Source: an uncultured Thermoleophilia bacterium
Lineage (GTDB): Bacteria > Actinomycetota > Thermoleophilia > UBA2241
Reading direction: 5' to 3'
NCBI GenBank assembly: GCA_963702475.1
Contig: CAVPCT010000006.1
Coordinates: forward strand, 313,709-377,708
Length of the DNA stretch: 64,000 nt
The notes under the pieces were generated by a model that ran no database searches, was not told the origin of the DNA, and saw nothing but the letters and a program-made list of their open reading frames with translations. The position numbers and the translations under genes were made by a program. Shown here one piece after another: positions 53,948 to 62,414 of this stretch; position 1 is the first letter of the stretch; each line of letters begins with the position of its first letter.

Positions 53948-54295
53948 ATGGACCTTACCGATCCGCTCTCAGGCCAGGGCCGGACGCGCCCGACCGATCG
54001 TCCCATGGTCACCGCCGTCGCTGCGGAGCCCTCGGGCGAGACGCGCGGCGCTCGCTTCGCGCGCAAAGCGCATCGGACACGCCTCTACCTGTATGCAGGT
54101 GCGGCGGTGGCGCTCGTGATCATCTTGACCGCGCTCGTGATCGCGAACACGGGTCACGTCAATGTCTCCTGGCTGGTCGGATCCTCGTCGGTCTCGCTGG
54201 TCTGGCTGTTGATCTTCTCTGCGGTCCTCGGCATGCTGCTCGGTATGGTCCTCGGCGCCCTGTTCCACTGGCGCACGCGCACGCCGCGAAGCTGA
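53948..54295 (+). CDS. LapA/DUF1049-like small membrane protein
   Basis: Two TMs with NTGHVNVSWL between them; GGAGG SD. Confidence 0.75.
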   Translation: MDLTDPLSGQGRTRPTDRPMVTAVAAEPSGETRGARFARKAHRTRLYLYAGAAVALVIILTALVIANTGHVNVSWLVGSSSVSLVWLLIFSAVLGMLLGMVLGALFHWRTRTPRS

Positions 54296-54380
54296 CGTGC
54301 AGTCCCAAGTCCCGTCTCTGCATGACATCTCCCGGGAGCGTCGCTCGGGTCAAGCGGTGTCTGCCGAGGTGTACACCCGA

Positions 54381-54953
54381 ATGTCAGACCAACGCGGCTT
54401 CACACGATGGCGCGCTGGCCCCAAGGCCGAGGTGAGGAGTGCCACAGTGAAGGTCCCGCTGGAGTGGGTCTGGCAGAACGACCCCGAAGAGCTCCCCGAC
54501 CACGACCATGCCCGGTGCATCGCCGCGCCTGGCGAGCGCCTCCTGGCCTGCGGCGAGCATCCGTTCGCGTTGACCACGCGGCCCTGTCTTCACCTATCCG
54601 ACTCGCGCGACTCGCACATCGCGGTGTCGTTCTCGATGCTGCATGTGGAGTATCGCGGCCTCGATTGGGCGCGTGGCATGGCCCAACAGTCCTGGGGCAG
54701 CGATCGCTTCGACAACGGCTCGTGCGGCGGTGAGGCCCGGCAGGCGGCCGGCGTCGCCCTTCTTGCGACTGTGGAGCGAGCACTGAATCCGGACCCGGTG
54801 GTCCGTCGCAGGTCTGCGGCGTCGGTGCACTACGAGGCCGGCGCCCCGGGGCAGCCTCTGAGACCCACGGTACGCGCGTCCCGAAGGCCCCGCCCGGCGC
54901 TGCTGCCGCTCAGGGTCGGCCGCGCCTGCGGCCTTCCGCCGCGCGAACGCTGA
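54381..54953 (+). CDS. Hypothetical protein (NDPE..DH.RCIAAPG family, copy 1)
   Basis: Aligns end to end with 55019-55357. The start is uncertain. Confidence 0.65.
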   Translation: MSDQRGFTRWRAGPKAEVRSATVKVPLEWVWQNDPEELPDHDHARCIAAPGERLLACGEHPFALTTRPCLHLSDSRDSHIAVSFSMLHVEYRGLDWARGMAQQSWGSDRFDNGSCGGEARQAAGVALLATVERALNPDPVVRRRSAASVHYEAGAPGQPLRPTVRASRRPRPALLPLRVGRACGLPPRER

Positions 54954-55018
54954 GACACCAGGACCACGCGGCTTCTCTTCACGGCACGCTGGCCAAAGCC
55001 CAAGGAGAGGAGAGCGTC

Positions 55019-55357
55019 ATGTTCTGGCACTGGGAGAACGACCCCGAAGGACTGACCGACGACGATCACACGCGGTGCATAGCCGCGCCCGGCGTCCGGA
55101 AGCTGCTCTACAGAGGGCGCCAGTTCGAGATGACCACCGTCGCGTGCCCTCGCGTGCCCAGGCTGGCCAGGGTGCCCGTCTCCGGGTTTCGCGCGCGCCT
55201 GCAGATCGAGCACGTGGGCACCGACGCGGAGCACGGCCTCGTCGCGCGCTACTGGCGCAGCCAGCCGTTCGACAGCCGCACGCACGGCGGCGTGGCACAG
55301 TATGCCGCCGGCCTCGACCTCCTTGCGATGGTCGCCGTCGACCTGGCGGCGGCCTGA
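55019..55357 (+). CDS. Hypothetical protein (NDPE..DH.RCIAAPG family, copy 2)
   Basis: AAGGAGAGGAG SD; paralogous to the upstream ORF. Confidence 0.75.
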   Translation: MFWHWENDPEGLTDDDHTRCIAAPGVRKLLYRGRQFEMTTVACPRVPRLARVPVSGFRARLQIEHVGTDAEHGLVARYWRSQPFDSRTHGGVAQYAAGLDLLAMVAVDLAAA

Positions 55358-55417
55358 GATACGGACTGGGCTCGCCTGGGCGGCGCGGGGAGTCCCCCAT
55401 TCACGCGTCGAGAGAGC

Positions 55418-55464
55418 TGGTAGCGCATACGGGATTCGAACCCGTGTTACCGCCGTGAGAGGGC
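55418..55464 (-). mobile_element. 3' half of tRNA-Glu(CTC); probable att site (island boundary)
   Basis: The minus strand reads GCC-CTCTCAC-GGCGGTAACACGGGTTCGAATCCCGTATGCGCTACCA (anticodon loop, T-arm, 3' acceptor strand, CCA). There is no matching 5' half. Confidence 0.85.
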
Positions 55465-55660
55465 ATCTGTGGGTTTGCTGGTAGGTGCTACTGAGTAGCG
55501 TGGAGTGCCTCTCGGGCGTGGCGGGCCGTTGATTTGAGACCACTCAGCGCGTTGAGAGCTACGTCGTGCCAGCAATTCCGGTTGCAGCAGGGTTGCAGAC
55601 TTCCGTGGCCGCCGCGGCGCTGCGGCGAGCTCACGGCGAGAGACCGCCCCCAGAACTGGG

Positions 55661-56040
55661 CTACAGGTCTTCCTCGCACGTATCGCGTGTCGTGGCCGAG
55701 CGTCGTCTCCGCAGTGCCATCAGGACGGCCGCCAGCGCGAGCCCCGCGGCGTCTATCAACGCGGCGGTGACGAAGGCGCTGCTGTAGCTGCCCTGCGCCT
55801 CTTGGATCGCGGCCCCCAGGCGGGGGCCGAGCACCGCCGAGACGGCCACCGTGAGGAACATGATTCCTAGTTGATCGGCAGGTGCCGCAGCCCGAAGGCC
55901 TCGGCCGTCGTCGGCCCGATGAGGGCGAGGAACCCGCCGCAGCAGAAGCCCATGGTCGTGATGCCGGTGACGAGGGTCGCGTAGCTCGATGCGTTCGCCA
56001 GCAGGAGGAGCGTCGCACCCTCGCGCGCAAACATCACGGC
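55661..56040 (-). pseudogene. C-terminal remnant of an OFA-like MFS transporter
   Basis: GFCCGGFLALIGPTTAEAFGLRHLPIN shifts frame into GIMFLTVAVSAVLGP..GSYSSAF. The N-terminal half is absent. Confidence 0.7.
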
Positions 56041-56127
56041 GACCACACGCGGCCGCGTCGCGCCCTCGTAGGCACTCTGCCACCCGCCTTAATCACCAGG
56101 TGGCTAGGCATCGCTGGCGGCCGCCGA

Positions 56128-57730
56128 CTAGGCTGTGAAGTACATCAAGTTGTAGCGATACCGACAGGCTGACAAACCGTCGACGTCAGGGACCACTCCG
56201 CTGAGGTGGTTGCTGTGGCCGTCGAGCGCAGTGTCCCACTCCCAAATCAGCAGGCCGCCACGCTCGTACTCGATTTGCGCGGCCGCTCCGACGAGCTCGT
56301 TGCGCCTGGTTTCGTCCACCGTCCTGAACGCCTCGTTGACGATTCCCAGCCACTCGGCGTCCCTCCAATGTGTCTCGTTAAGACGGGCGGAGGGAAGGCT
56401 GCAAAACGCGGCCTGGGCAAGGTAGTCGTGAGTCGGCCAGTAGTCCTGGGCGAACGTCCACTTGAGGTAGGACTCGCCCCACATGATGCTTGGGTCAACT
56501 TGATTCACCTTCACCGTCACGCCTGCACCCTTGGCCTGCTCGGCGAAGACTTGGGCTGCAGCCACCATGCCAGGACCGACGCCTGTGGACGTGACGAGCT
56601 CGACACTCAGCCCCTGCTGACCCGCCTGCTCGAGCAATGACTTCGCTTGCTCGAGGTCCTGCACTCGCTGCGGCAGATCCCCAGGGTAACCGGGGTCGAA
56701 GACCCCGTACATGTCGTTGCCAGGGGATCCGTACCCTGACAGGGCTTGATCGATCATCTGTTCACGATCGACAATGAGGCGGAAAGCCTGTCGGACTCTC
56801 TCGTCGTCGAACGGCGGCTGGTCGACGCGCATGGTAAAGGGACGCCATCCGCCACTCTTGGCTTGGAGCAGCGTCAAGCCAGCGGTGGACTTGACCACCT
56901 TGGCCTGCGCGCCATCAACGTAGCCGATGTGATCGACGGTCCCCCCCAGCAGAGCGTTCAGTCTCGACGTAGGGTCAGCGAAACAGACTAGCGTTAGCCT
57001 GTCAGCGTTGGGGCCTTCGCCCCAGTAGTTGGGATTGGCCCTTAGTTCGGCCTGCTGGCCCGGGTCGAATCTCTCGACGATCCAGGGGCCAGTCCCGATG
57101 GCGCCAGCGGCATCCTTGGGTTCGAAGCCGACGGGGACGATGGCATTGTTGATGGTTGCCAGCCCTTCGTGGAAGACGGCGTTTGGCTCCTCCAGGACAA
57201 ACCGCACGGTGCGGTCATCGAGCTTCTTCACGCTGCCAGGTCGGAGACCGCGCAGCAACTCGCGGCCGTTTGCGAAGGTCTTGGGAGACAGGATCCGCTC
57301 ATATGTCCAGATGACATCGTCTGAAGTGACCGTTTTGCCGCTGTGGAACTCGAGACCCGCCTTGAGGCGAACTGTATGTTCGCTCCCGTCTGCGTTGTGC
57401 TCGTAGGACTCCACGAGCTGCTTAATCAAGTTGTGTTGTTCGTCCCAGCCAAGCAGCGATTCGTAGAGCTGATACGACATGGCGATTTCCGGCTCGCTGG
57501 TCCTGAAATGGACGTCCAGGTCATCGTTCGTTGACCCACCCGTGATGCCCGACCTGACGTGGCCGCCCTTGGTCGGCTCGGAAGCGACCGAGGACAAGGC
57601 AGTTGCGGGCGAGTAGGAGGAGTCGTCATTTGATTCTCCGCAGGCGGAAACAAGGGAGCCAAGGCCTAGTGTCGCCCCAATGCCGGCTGCCAGCTTCAGA
57701 GCGTCACGCCGCGTTAACACTGAATCCATG
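56128..57730 (-). CDS. ABC family-5 (Opp/Dpp-type) substrate-binding lipoprotein with Tat signal
   Basis: TRRDALK..LVSAC twin-Arg lipobox, LYESL, IGTGPW, NPNYW and PFDDERVRQA. The ORF is open to 57780. Confidence 0.92.
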
Positions 57731-58245
57731 AGATGTGGCCCGCTGACGTCGACTTCACCCTCGACACCTTCCCGTACCATCTCTGCTCCCTCCCAAGCGC
57801 CTGCAGGCCGATGGCCCGCCCTCCTCGTACATGCTGTCCCTTCGTCACTGGCCTCCTACCGCCGGTGATATGGCCAGGACTTCATTCACTGACCAGGTCT
57901 GTAGCTCGAGGGCACCCTGGGGTGATAGGAAGATAGGGACGAGCACCTTGTCGACCGAGGCGGAGCATGCTGTGCACGGGTTGGGCGATAAGTCCAGCAC
58001 GATTGCACGGCTCGGTGCCAGCCTGCAGATGACGAGCTCCGTCGTACTCAGCGTGCATATGACGAGGAGTACTTCTGAAGGATCGGCCGGGACGATCGAA
58101 GAAGGCGCGACTCGAGCGCGCAGGAGAGCGCAATGCATGGCGGGTGGGGCGGCTCAACGGCCGCCCCACCCGATTCCTCTGGAGTCCCATCTCAGTAGGA
58201 ATCACTGTTTCACATCCTTATTACTTCGCCCTGAGGAGGCGACGC

Positions 58246-59619
58246 TCAAGCCTCCTGAAGGCTCGGCTCACTCGCAGCCTTCTCCTGAAGGCGCGGCTCG
58301 CCAGCGATCCCGCTGGCCTCCAGCAAGGTGAGGTCCCGCGTCTCCGGGGCCCACAGATGGGAAGCGATTGCCCCGATGGCACAGACACCGCCAAAGATGA
58401 CCATCGTCCACGAGATACCTACCGCAAGCAACAGACTGGGGAAAACCCACGTTGAAAGCACCGACCCGATGCGGGCGCCTGCGACCGTGACACCTTGGCC
58501 GGAAGCGCGTACTTCGGTCGGAAAGAGCTCCGGCGGGTAGACGAACTCCAGGTTCGAAGCTGCGTTCAGAACGAAGATGAACACCAGGAACACGACGAAG
58601 GCGACTGGTATCGGCAGTGTAATGCCAAGCACAGCCGAAGCCGCTGCGCAAATCCAGAAGGACCAGATGACCCAGCCTCTCCTTGGGAGTCGCGCGCACA
58701 GCCAGACACCCACGATCATCGCCACCAGAGTCAGCGCATCCACGAGGCCGTAAGCGAAGTTCCCTTGCCCAAGCCTGAGCCCAGCCAACACTTCGGGCAG
58801 GAACAGGTAGACGGCGAAGAAGACGCTGACCTGTGCCGTGTAGAAGATCACTGAGAACGCCGTGCGCGCCCGATACTTCGAGCCGAACAGTACGCGGTAG
58901 GAAATGCGTTTGTTGCTCTCGGCCGTCAGGTCGCCGACGTCGTAGTCCGCTCCGTAGTGCCGCTTGACCAGCGCACGAGCTTCGTCGACTCTGCCCTTGC
59001 TGACGAGCCAGCGAATCGATTCGGGTGCGCGCAGACCCAGCACGAACGCCACCAGCATTGGAAGGAAGGCGGTCGCCAGGACCCACTTCCAGGACACACG
59101 GTCGCCCAAGAACAACGCGCCATAGTAGGCGATGATGAAGCCGACCATCCAGACCACGTTCAAGTTCGACAGGAGACTGGAGCGACGCTTGCGCGGCGAA
59201 AACTCTGACAGCAGGGGCGCTGCTATGGACAGAATGGTCCCGACGCCCACGCCGACGAGGATGCGCAAGACCAGGAAGGAGACCTTGTCCCAAACCAAGA
59301 GATAGGCGAAAGAGGCTGCCGCGGTCACGAGGAGAGCGGTCATGAGGACGCCGTGGCGGCCGAGCTTGTCAGCTAGCCAGCTGCCGAGCAGCGCGCCGAA
59401 GAAGATGCCAATCAGCGCACCGGCAGTGAGCAGCCCCTTCCACCCTGCAGAAACTCCGTAGTCGTCACTCACTGAGCCCATCACGATCGCCAAGGCCCCG
59501 AAGACGTATCCGACGGCTAGATAGGACACCAGGTTCATCGACACCACACGCACCAGGAACGGGCTCCATGGTGCGTTCTCTATGCTTGCTGGCTGGCCCA
59601 CTGCTCCCCCTTCACCCAT
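58246..59619 (-). CDS. MFS transporter (sugar-porter/metabolite:H+ type)
   Basis: LADKLGR, PLLSEFSP, PESIRWL, YPPELFPTEVRASG and APETR. Confidence 0.93.
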   Translation of the reverse strand: MGEGGAVGQPASIENAPWSPFLVRVVSMNLVSYLAVGYVFGALAIVMGSVSDDYGVSAGWKGLLTAGALIGIFFGALLGSWLADKLGRHGVLMTALLVTAAASFAYLLVWDKVSFLVLRILVGVGVGTILSIAAPLLSEFSPRKRRSSLLSNLNVVWMVGFIIAYYGALFLGDRVSWKWVLATAFLPMLVAFVLGLRAPESIRWLVSKGRVDEARALVKRHYGADYDVGDLTAESNKRISYRVLFGSKYRARTAFSVIFYTAQVSVFFAVYLFLPEVLAGLRLGQGNFAYGLVDALTLVAMIVGVWLCARLPRRGWVIWSFWICAAASAVLGITLPIPVAFVVFLVFIFVLNAASNLEFVYPPELFPTEVRASGQGVTVAGARIGSVLSTWVFPSLLLAVGISWTMVIFGGVCAIGAIASHLWAPETRDLTLLEASGIAGEPRLQEKAASEPSLQEA

Positions 59620-59632
59620 GACGTTGTTTCCA

Positions 59633-59755
59633 CTTCATGATGAAGGATGATAAGCCGCCTCGCAGCTGTGTCAAGGGCCAGGCAAATGATCCGACAGCAT
59701 TCCCGCCTCCTGCGCTTGACAAGTCAGGTTCACTCAGAGATATTCTACTTCATGT
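59633..59755. promoter_or_regulatory. Divergent sigma70-like promoters with CTTCAT operator-like sites
   Basis: Minus strand: TTGACA (59674-59669), 16 nt, TATCAT. Plus strand: TTGACA (59716-59721), 17-19 nt, GATATT/TATTCT. Palindrome CTTCAT-G-ATGAAG at 59633-59645 and ACTTCATG repeated at 59747. Confidence 0.65.
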
Positions 59756-59791
59756 TGGGGCTGAAATCTTGCGCGGTATGGATTCTGCAGG

Positions 59792-59927
59792 CCGCTAGAG
59801 GGCCGGCCCAAAACCGGGGCCGGACTCGCCCCACTACGTCTGGGGCGAACGATCCAGCCGCTCTCCCTGCGAGCTGACTCTCCAGTCGGTCGAAGTGAGA
59901 TAGACGTCTCGGTAGCCGCTCTAGCGG
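59792..59927 (+). ncRNA. Candidate structured 5' leader of the mttB operon
   Basis: Closing stem CCGCTAGAG/CTCTAGCGG encloses hairpins CCGGCCC/GGGCCGG and TCGCCCCA/TGGGGCGA plus two shorter ones. Confidence 0.4.
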
Positions 59928-59957
59928 ACTTCCAACGCGTGGCACGAAAGGAGATTG

Positions 59958-61433
59958 ATGATGAGACGTGGATCACAAACCGCTCTTCATAGCGGGGGTG
60001 CATCGCTCAGCCTTTTCAGTAGAGCTGATCTGGACGACCTGCATTCGGCCACAGTCCAGGTCCTTGAACGCGCAGGCGTGCTCGTGGAGAGCGAAGAGGC
60101 GGTGGACATCTTCGCAGACGGCGGTTGCCGCGTGGACCGGGACACGCATGTCGTGAAGATCCCGGAGCATGTACTCGCTGACGCCTTGGTATCAGCGAAA
60201 TCGAGCTTCCTGATGTGCGGTCGCGACCCCGAGAAGGACGTGGTCGTGGAGGTCGGCCGCAGCTTGGTCGTGCCGTTCGCAGAGGGGCTGGCGGTCAACG
60301 ACCTCGACACCGGTGAGAACCGCCCGTCCACGGAGAAAGACGTGGCGGAGATCTGTCGCCTCGCCGACGCCCTCGAGCAGATGGACTTCACCCTGGTCGC
60401 CGTCACGGCGCGCGACCGGCCGATTGAGACGGCCGCGGTGCACAACTTCGCGGCGGCTCTGCCTAACACCACGAAGCCGCTGCAGATGTCGATGACCACG
60501 CGACACGAGGCCGAGCTGGTCCTCGACATGGCCGCTGCAGTCGTGGGCGGCCGCGATGCTCTTCCTGAACGGCCGCTTGTCGTCTTCGGCAGCTGTCCCG
60601 TGGCCCCGCTGTACCTCGGTAGGATGCTCACCGACTCGCTCATCCCCGCGGCACGGCTCGGCCAGCCGTTCCTGTGCGTGTCAATGGGCATGGCCGGGGG
60701 CTCCACGCCGATCACGCTCGCCGGCACGCTCGTCGTCCAGAACGCGGAACTGCTGGCCACCTATGTTCTTACGCAGCTCGTGAACCGAGGCAACGCCTTC
60801 CTCTACGGGAACTCGACCTGCACGATGGACCTGCGATGGGGGTCAGGCGCAGTCGGCACTCCGGAGACCGCCCTCTACCAGGCCGGCAGCGCGGCATTGG
60901 GGACGTACTATGGCCTACCAACCTGGTCCGCCGGCTACTAGGCTGACTCGAAGGTGAGCGACTGCCAGATTGGGCACGAGAAGACACTCACCGGACTTGC
61001 GGCGTTGCTGGCAGGGTCCAGCGTCGTCTACGGCCCCGGGATGGTCGAGTCTGGCGTGACCTTCGACTTGGCGCAGTTCGTCATCGACGATGAGATCGTC
61101 GCGATGACGCGGTTCTTCCAGCGGGGAGTGGCCGTCAACGACACCACGACGTCGATCGAGGAGATTATCAGCGTCGGTCCGGCCGGCAGCTTCCTGGAAA
61201 GGGACAGTACACTCAAGGGCTTCCGAGGCCTCACCTCACCACGGCTCATCGACCGCAAGGTCCGCGAGGCCTGGAAGGAGGACGGCTCGCCGGACTTCTA
61301 TCTGAAGGGTCGCGAGAAGGCGAAGCAGATCCTCGCCGAGCACGAGGTGGAGCCGCTCGACGACGACCTGGCGGCCGAGATCCAAGCGATCGTCGCGAAG
61401 GCAGACGCACAATACGCCGGTGTCACGGTCTGA
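59958..61433 (+). CDS. mttB: MttB-family methylamine:corrinoid methyltransferase with in-frame amber (pyrrolysine) codon at 60939-60941
   Basis: ORFs 59955-60941 and 60954-61433 are in the same frame and separated by one TAG in WSAGY*ADSKVSDCQIGHEKT. Also GGSTPITLAGTLVVQNAE and GTPE motifs, AAAGGAGA SD, ~490 aa when joined. Confidence 0.92.
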
Positions 61434-61498
61434 ACACGAATCAGGAATCCCTACTCATGGGGAACGAACCCACGAACCGCGAAAAGGACCAGGATCCT

Positions 61499-62125
61499 AT
61501 GGCAGACTTCGAGTCCCTCAAGCAGATGATCGTCGACGGCAACGACGCCGCCACGGCCGCCACCCAGGCGCTCGTGGACGGCGGCGCCTCCGCCCGCGAC
61601 ATCCTCGACAACGCCCTCCTGCCGGGCATGGACGTGGTCGGCGCGCAGATGAAGAGCGGCGACAAGTTCATCCCCGAGGTGCTGCTCAGCGCCCGCACCA
61701 TGCAGACCTGCCTCGACATCATCAAGCCGCTCCTCGGTGAGGGCGGCGGCTCGCTCGGCACGGTCGTGATCGGCACCGTCGAGGGCGACATGCACGACAT
61801 CGGCAAGAACCTCGTCGGCATGCTCCTCTCCGGGGCCGGCTTCGAGGTCGTCAACCTCGGCAAGGGCATCACCCCCGCCGATCTGGTCGCCGCCTGCAAG
61901 GAGCACGACGCCGACATCCTCGGCATGAGCGGCCTGCTGACGACCACCATCCCGAAGATGCCCGAGACCATCCAGATGCTCAAGGACGTCGGCCTGCGCG
62001 AGAAGGTCAAGGTCATCGTCGGCGGCGCCCCCGTCTCGGCCGATTGGGCCGCAGAGATCGGCGCCGACGCCTACGGCGCCAACGCCTCGCTGGGCGTCGA
62101 GAAGTGCAAGGAGCTCATGGGCTGA
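61499..62125 (+). CDS. mttC: Methyltransferase cognate corrinoid protein
   Basis: FIPEVLLSA, GTVEGDMHDIGKNLV (DxHxxG), SGLLTTT and VGGAPV. Confidence 0.93.
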   Translation: MADFESLKQMIVDGNDAATAATQALVDGGASARDILDNALLPGMDVVGAQMKSGDKFIPEVLLSARTMQTCLDIIKPLLGEGGGSLGTVVIGTVEGDMHDIGKNLVGMLLSGAGFEVVNLGKGITPADLVAACKEHDADILGMSGLLTTTIPKMPETIQMLKDVGLREKVKVIVGGAPVSADWAAEIGADAYGANASLGVEKCKELMG

Positions 62126-62138
62126 CGCCCTGAGATGT

Positions 62139-62173
62139 CCGGCCCCGGTCCGGCGGCTGCGGACCGGGGCCGG
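62139..62173 (+). terminator. GC hairpin after the corrinoid gene
   Basis: CCGGCCCCGGTCCG-N7-CGGACCGGGGCCGG, a 14-bp stem. Confidence 0.6.
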
Positions 62174-62269
62174 CTGGTGAATCTCGCGGAGCCGGCCCTT
62201 CGTTTGACGTACTCTGAGACGCAGCAAACGTCCCCTTCCCGACCAACCACCGAGTAGGACGCGACGAGG

Positions 62270-62413
62270 CTAGTGCCCCGAGTCAGAGATCCGCTGGCAA
62301 TAGGCGGCGAGGGTAGTGAGGATCTCATCGGCGGGCGCTCCACGAGGTTGAGCCAGGACGAGTAGGTGGGCGTGAAGTGGAAGGTGAAGCGCGGATGACG
62401 CAGGAGCCAGCGG
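62270..62413 (-). mobile_element. IS630-family transposase 3' remnant
   Basis: RWLLRHPRFTFHFTPTYSSWLNLVER, then after an internal deletion ADEILTTLAAYCQRISDSGH*. Confidence 0.85.
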
Positions 62414-62414
62414 A

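Noticed and set aside
55418-55495. Functional tRNA-Glu gene
   Set aside because: No D-arm or complementary 5' acceptor strand; only the 3' half is present.
55867-55869. Second amber read-through in the MFS remnant
   Set aside because: Homology continues in a different frame after the TAG, so it results from a 1-nt deletion in a pseudogene.
56104-56130. Read-through of the binding-protein TAG
   Set aside because: The stop is at the natural C-terminus and another TAG follows eight codons later.
59760-59950. Cobalamin riboswitch before mttB
   Set aside because: The B12-box and GGGAA/GCCACTG consensus elements are not recognisable.
60942-61020. PYLIS-like hairpin after the amber codon
   Set aside because: Only weak 4-bp stems are visible, and such an element is not required for Pyl insertion.
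59955-61433. mttB as a nonsense pseudogene or two separate genes
   Set aside because: The single stop is TAG, in frame and at the known Pyl position. Both halves are intact and the corrinoid partner is retained.
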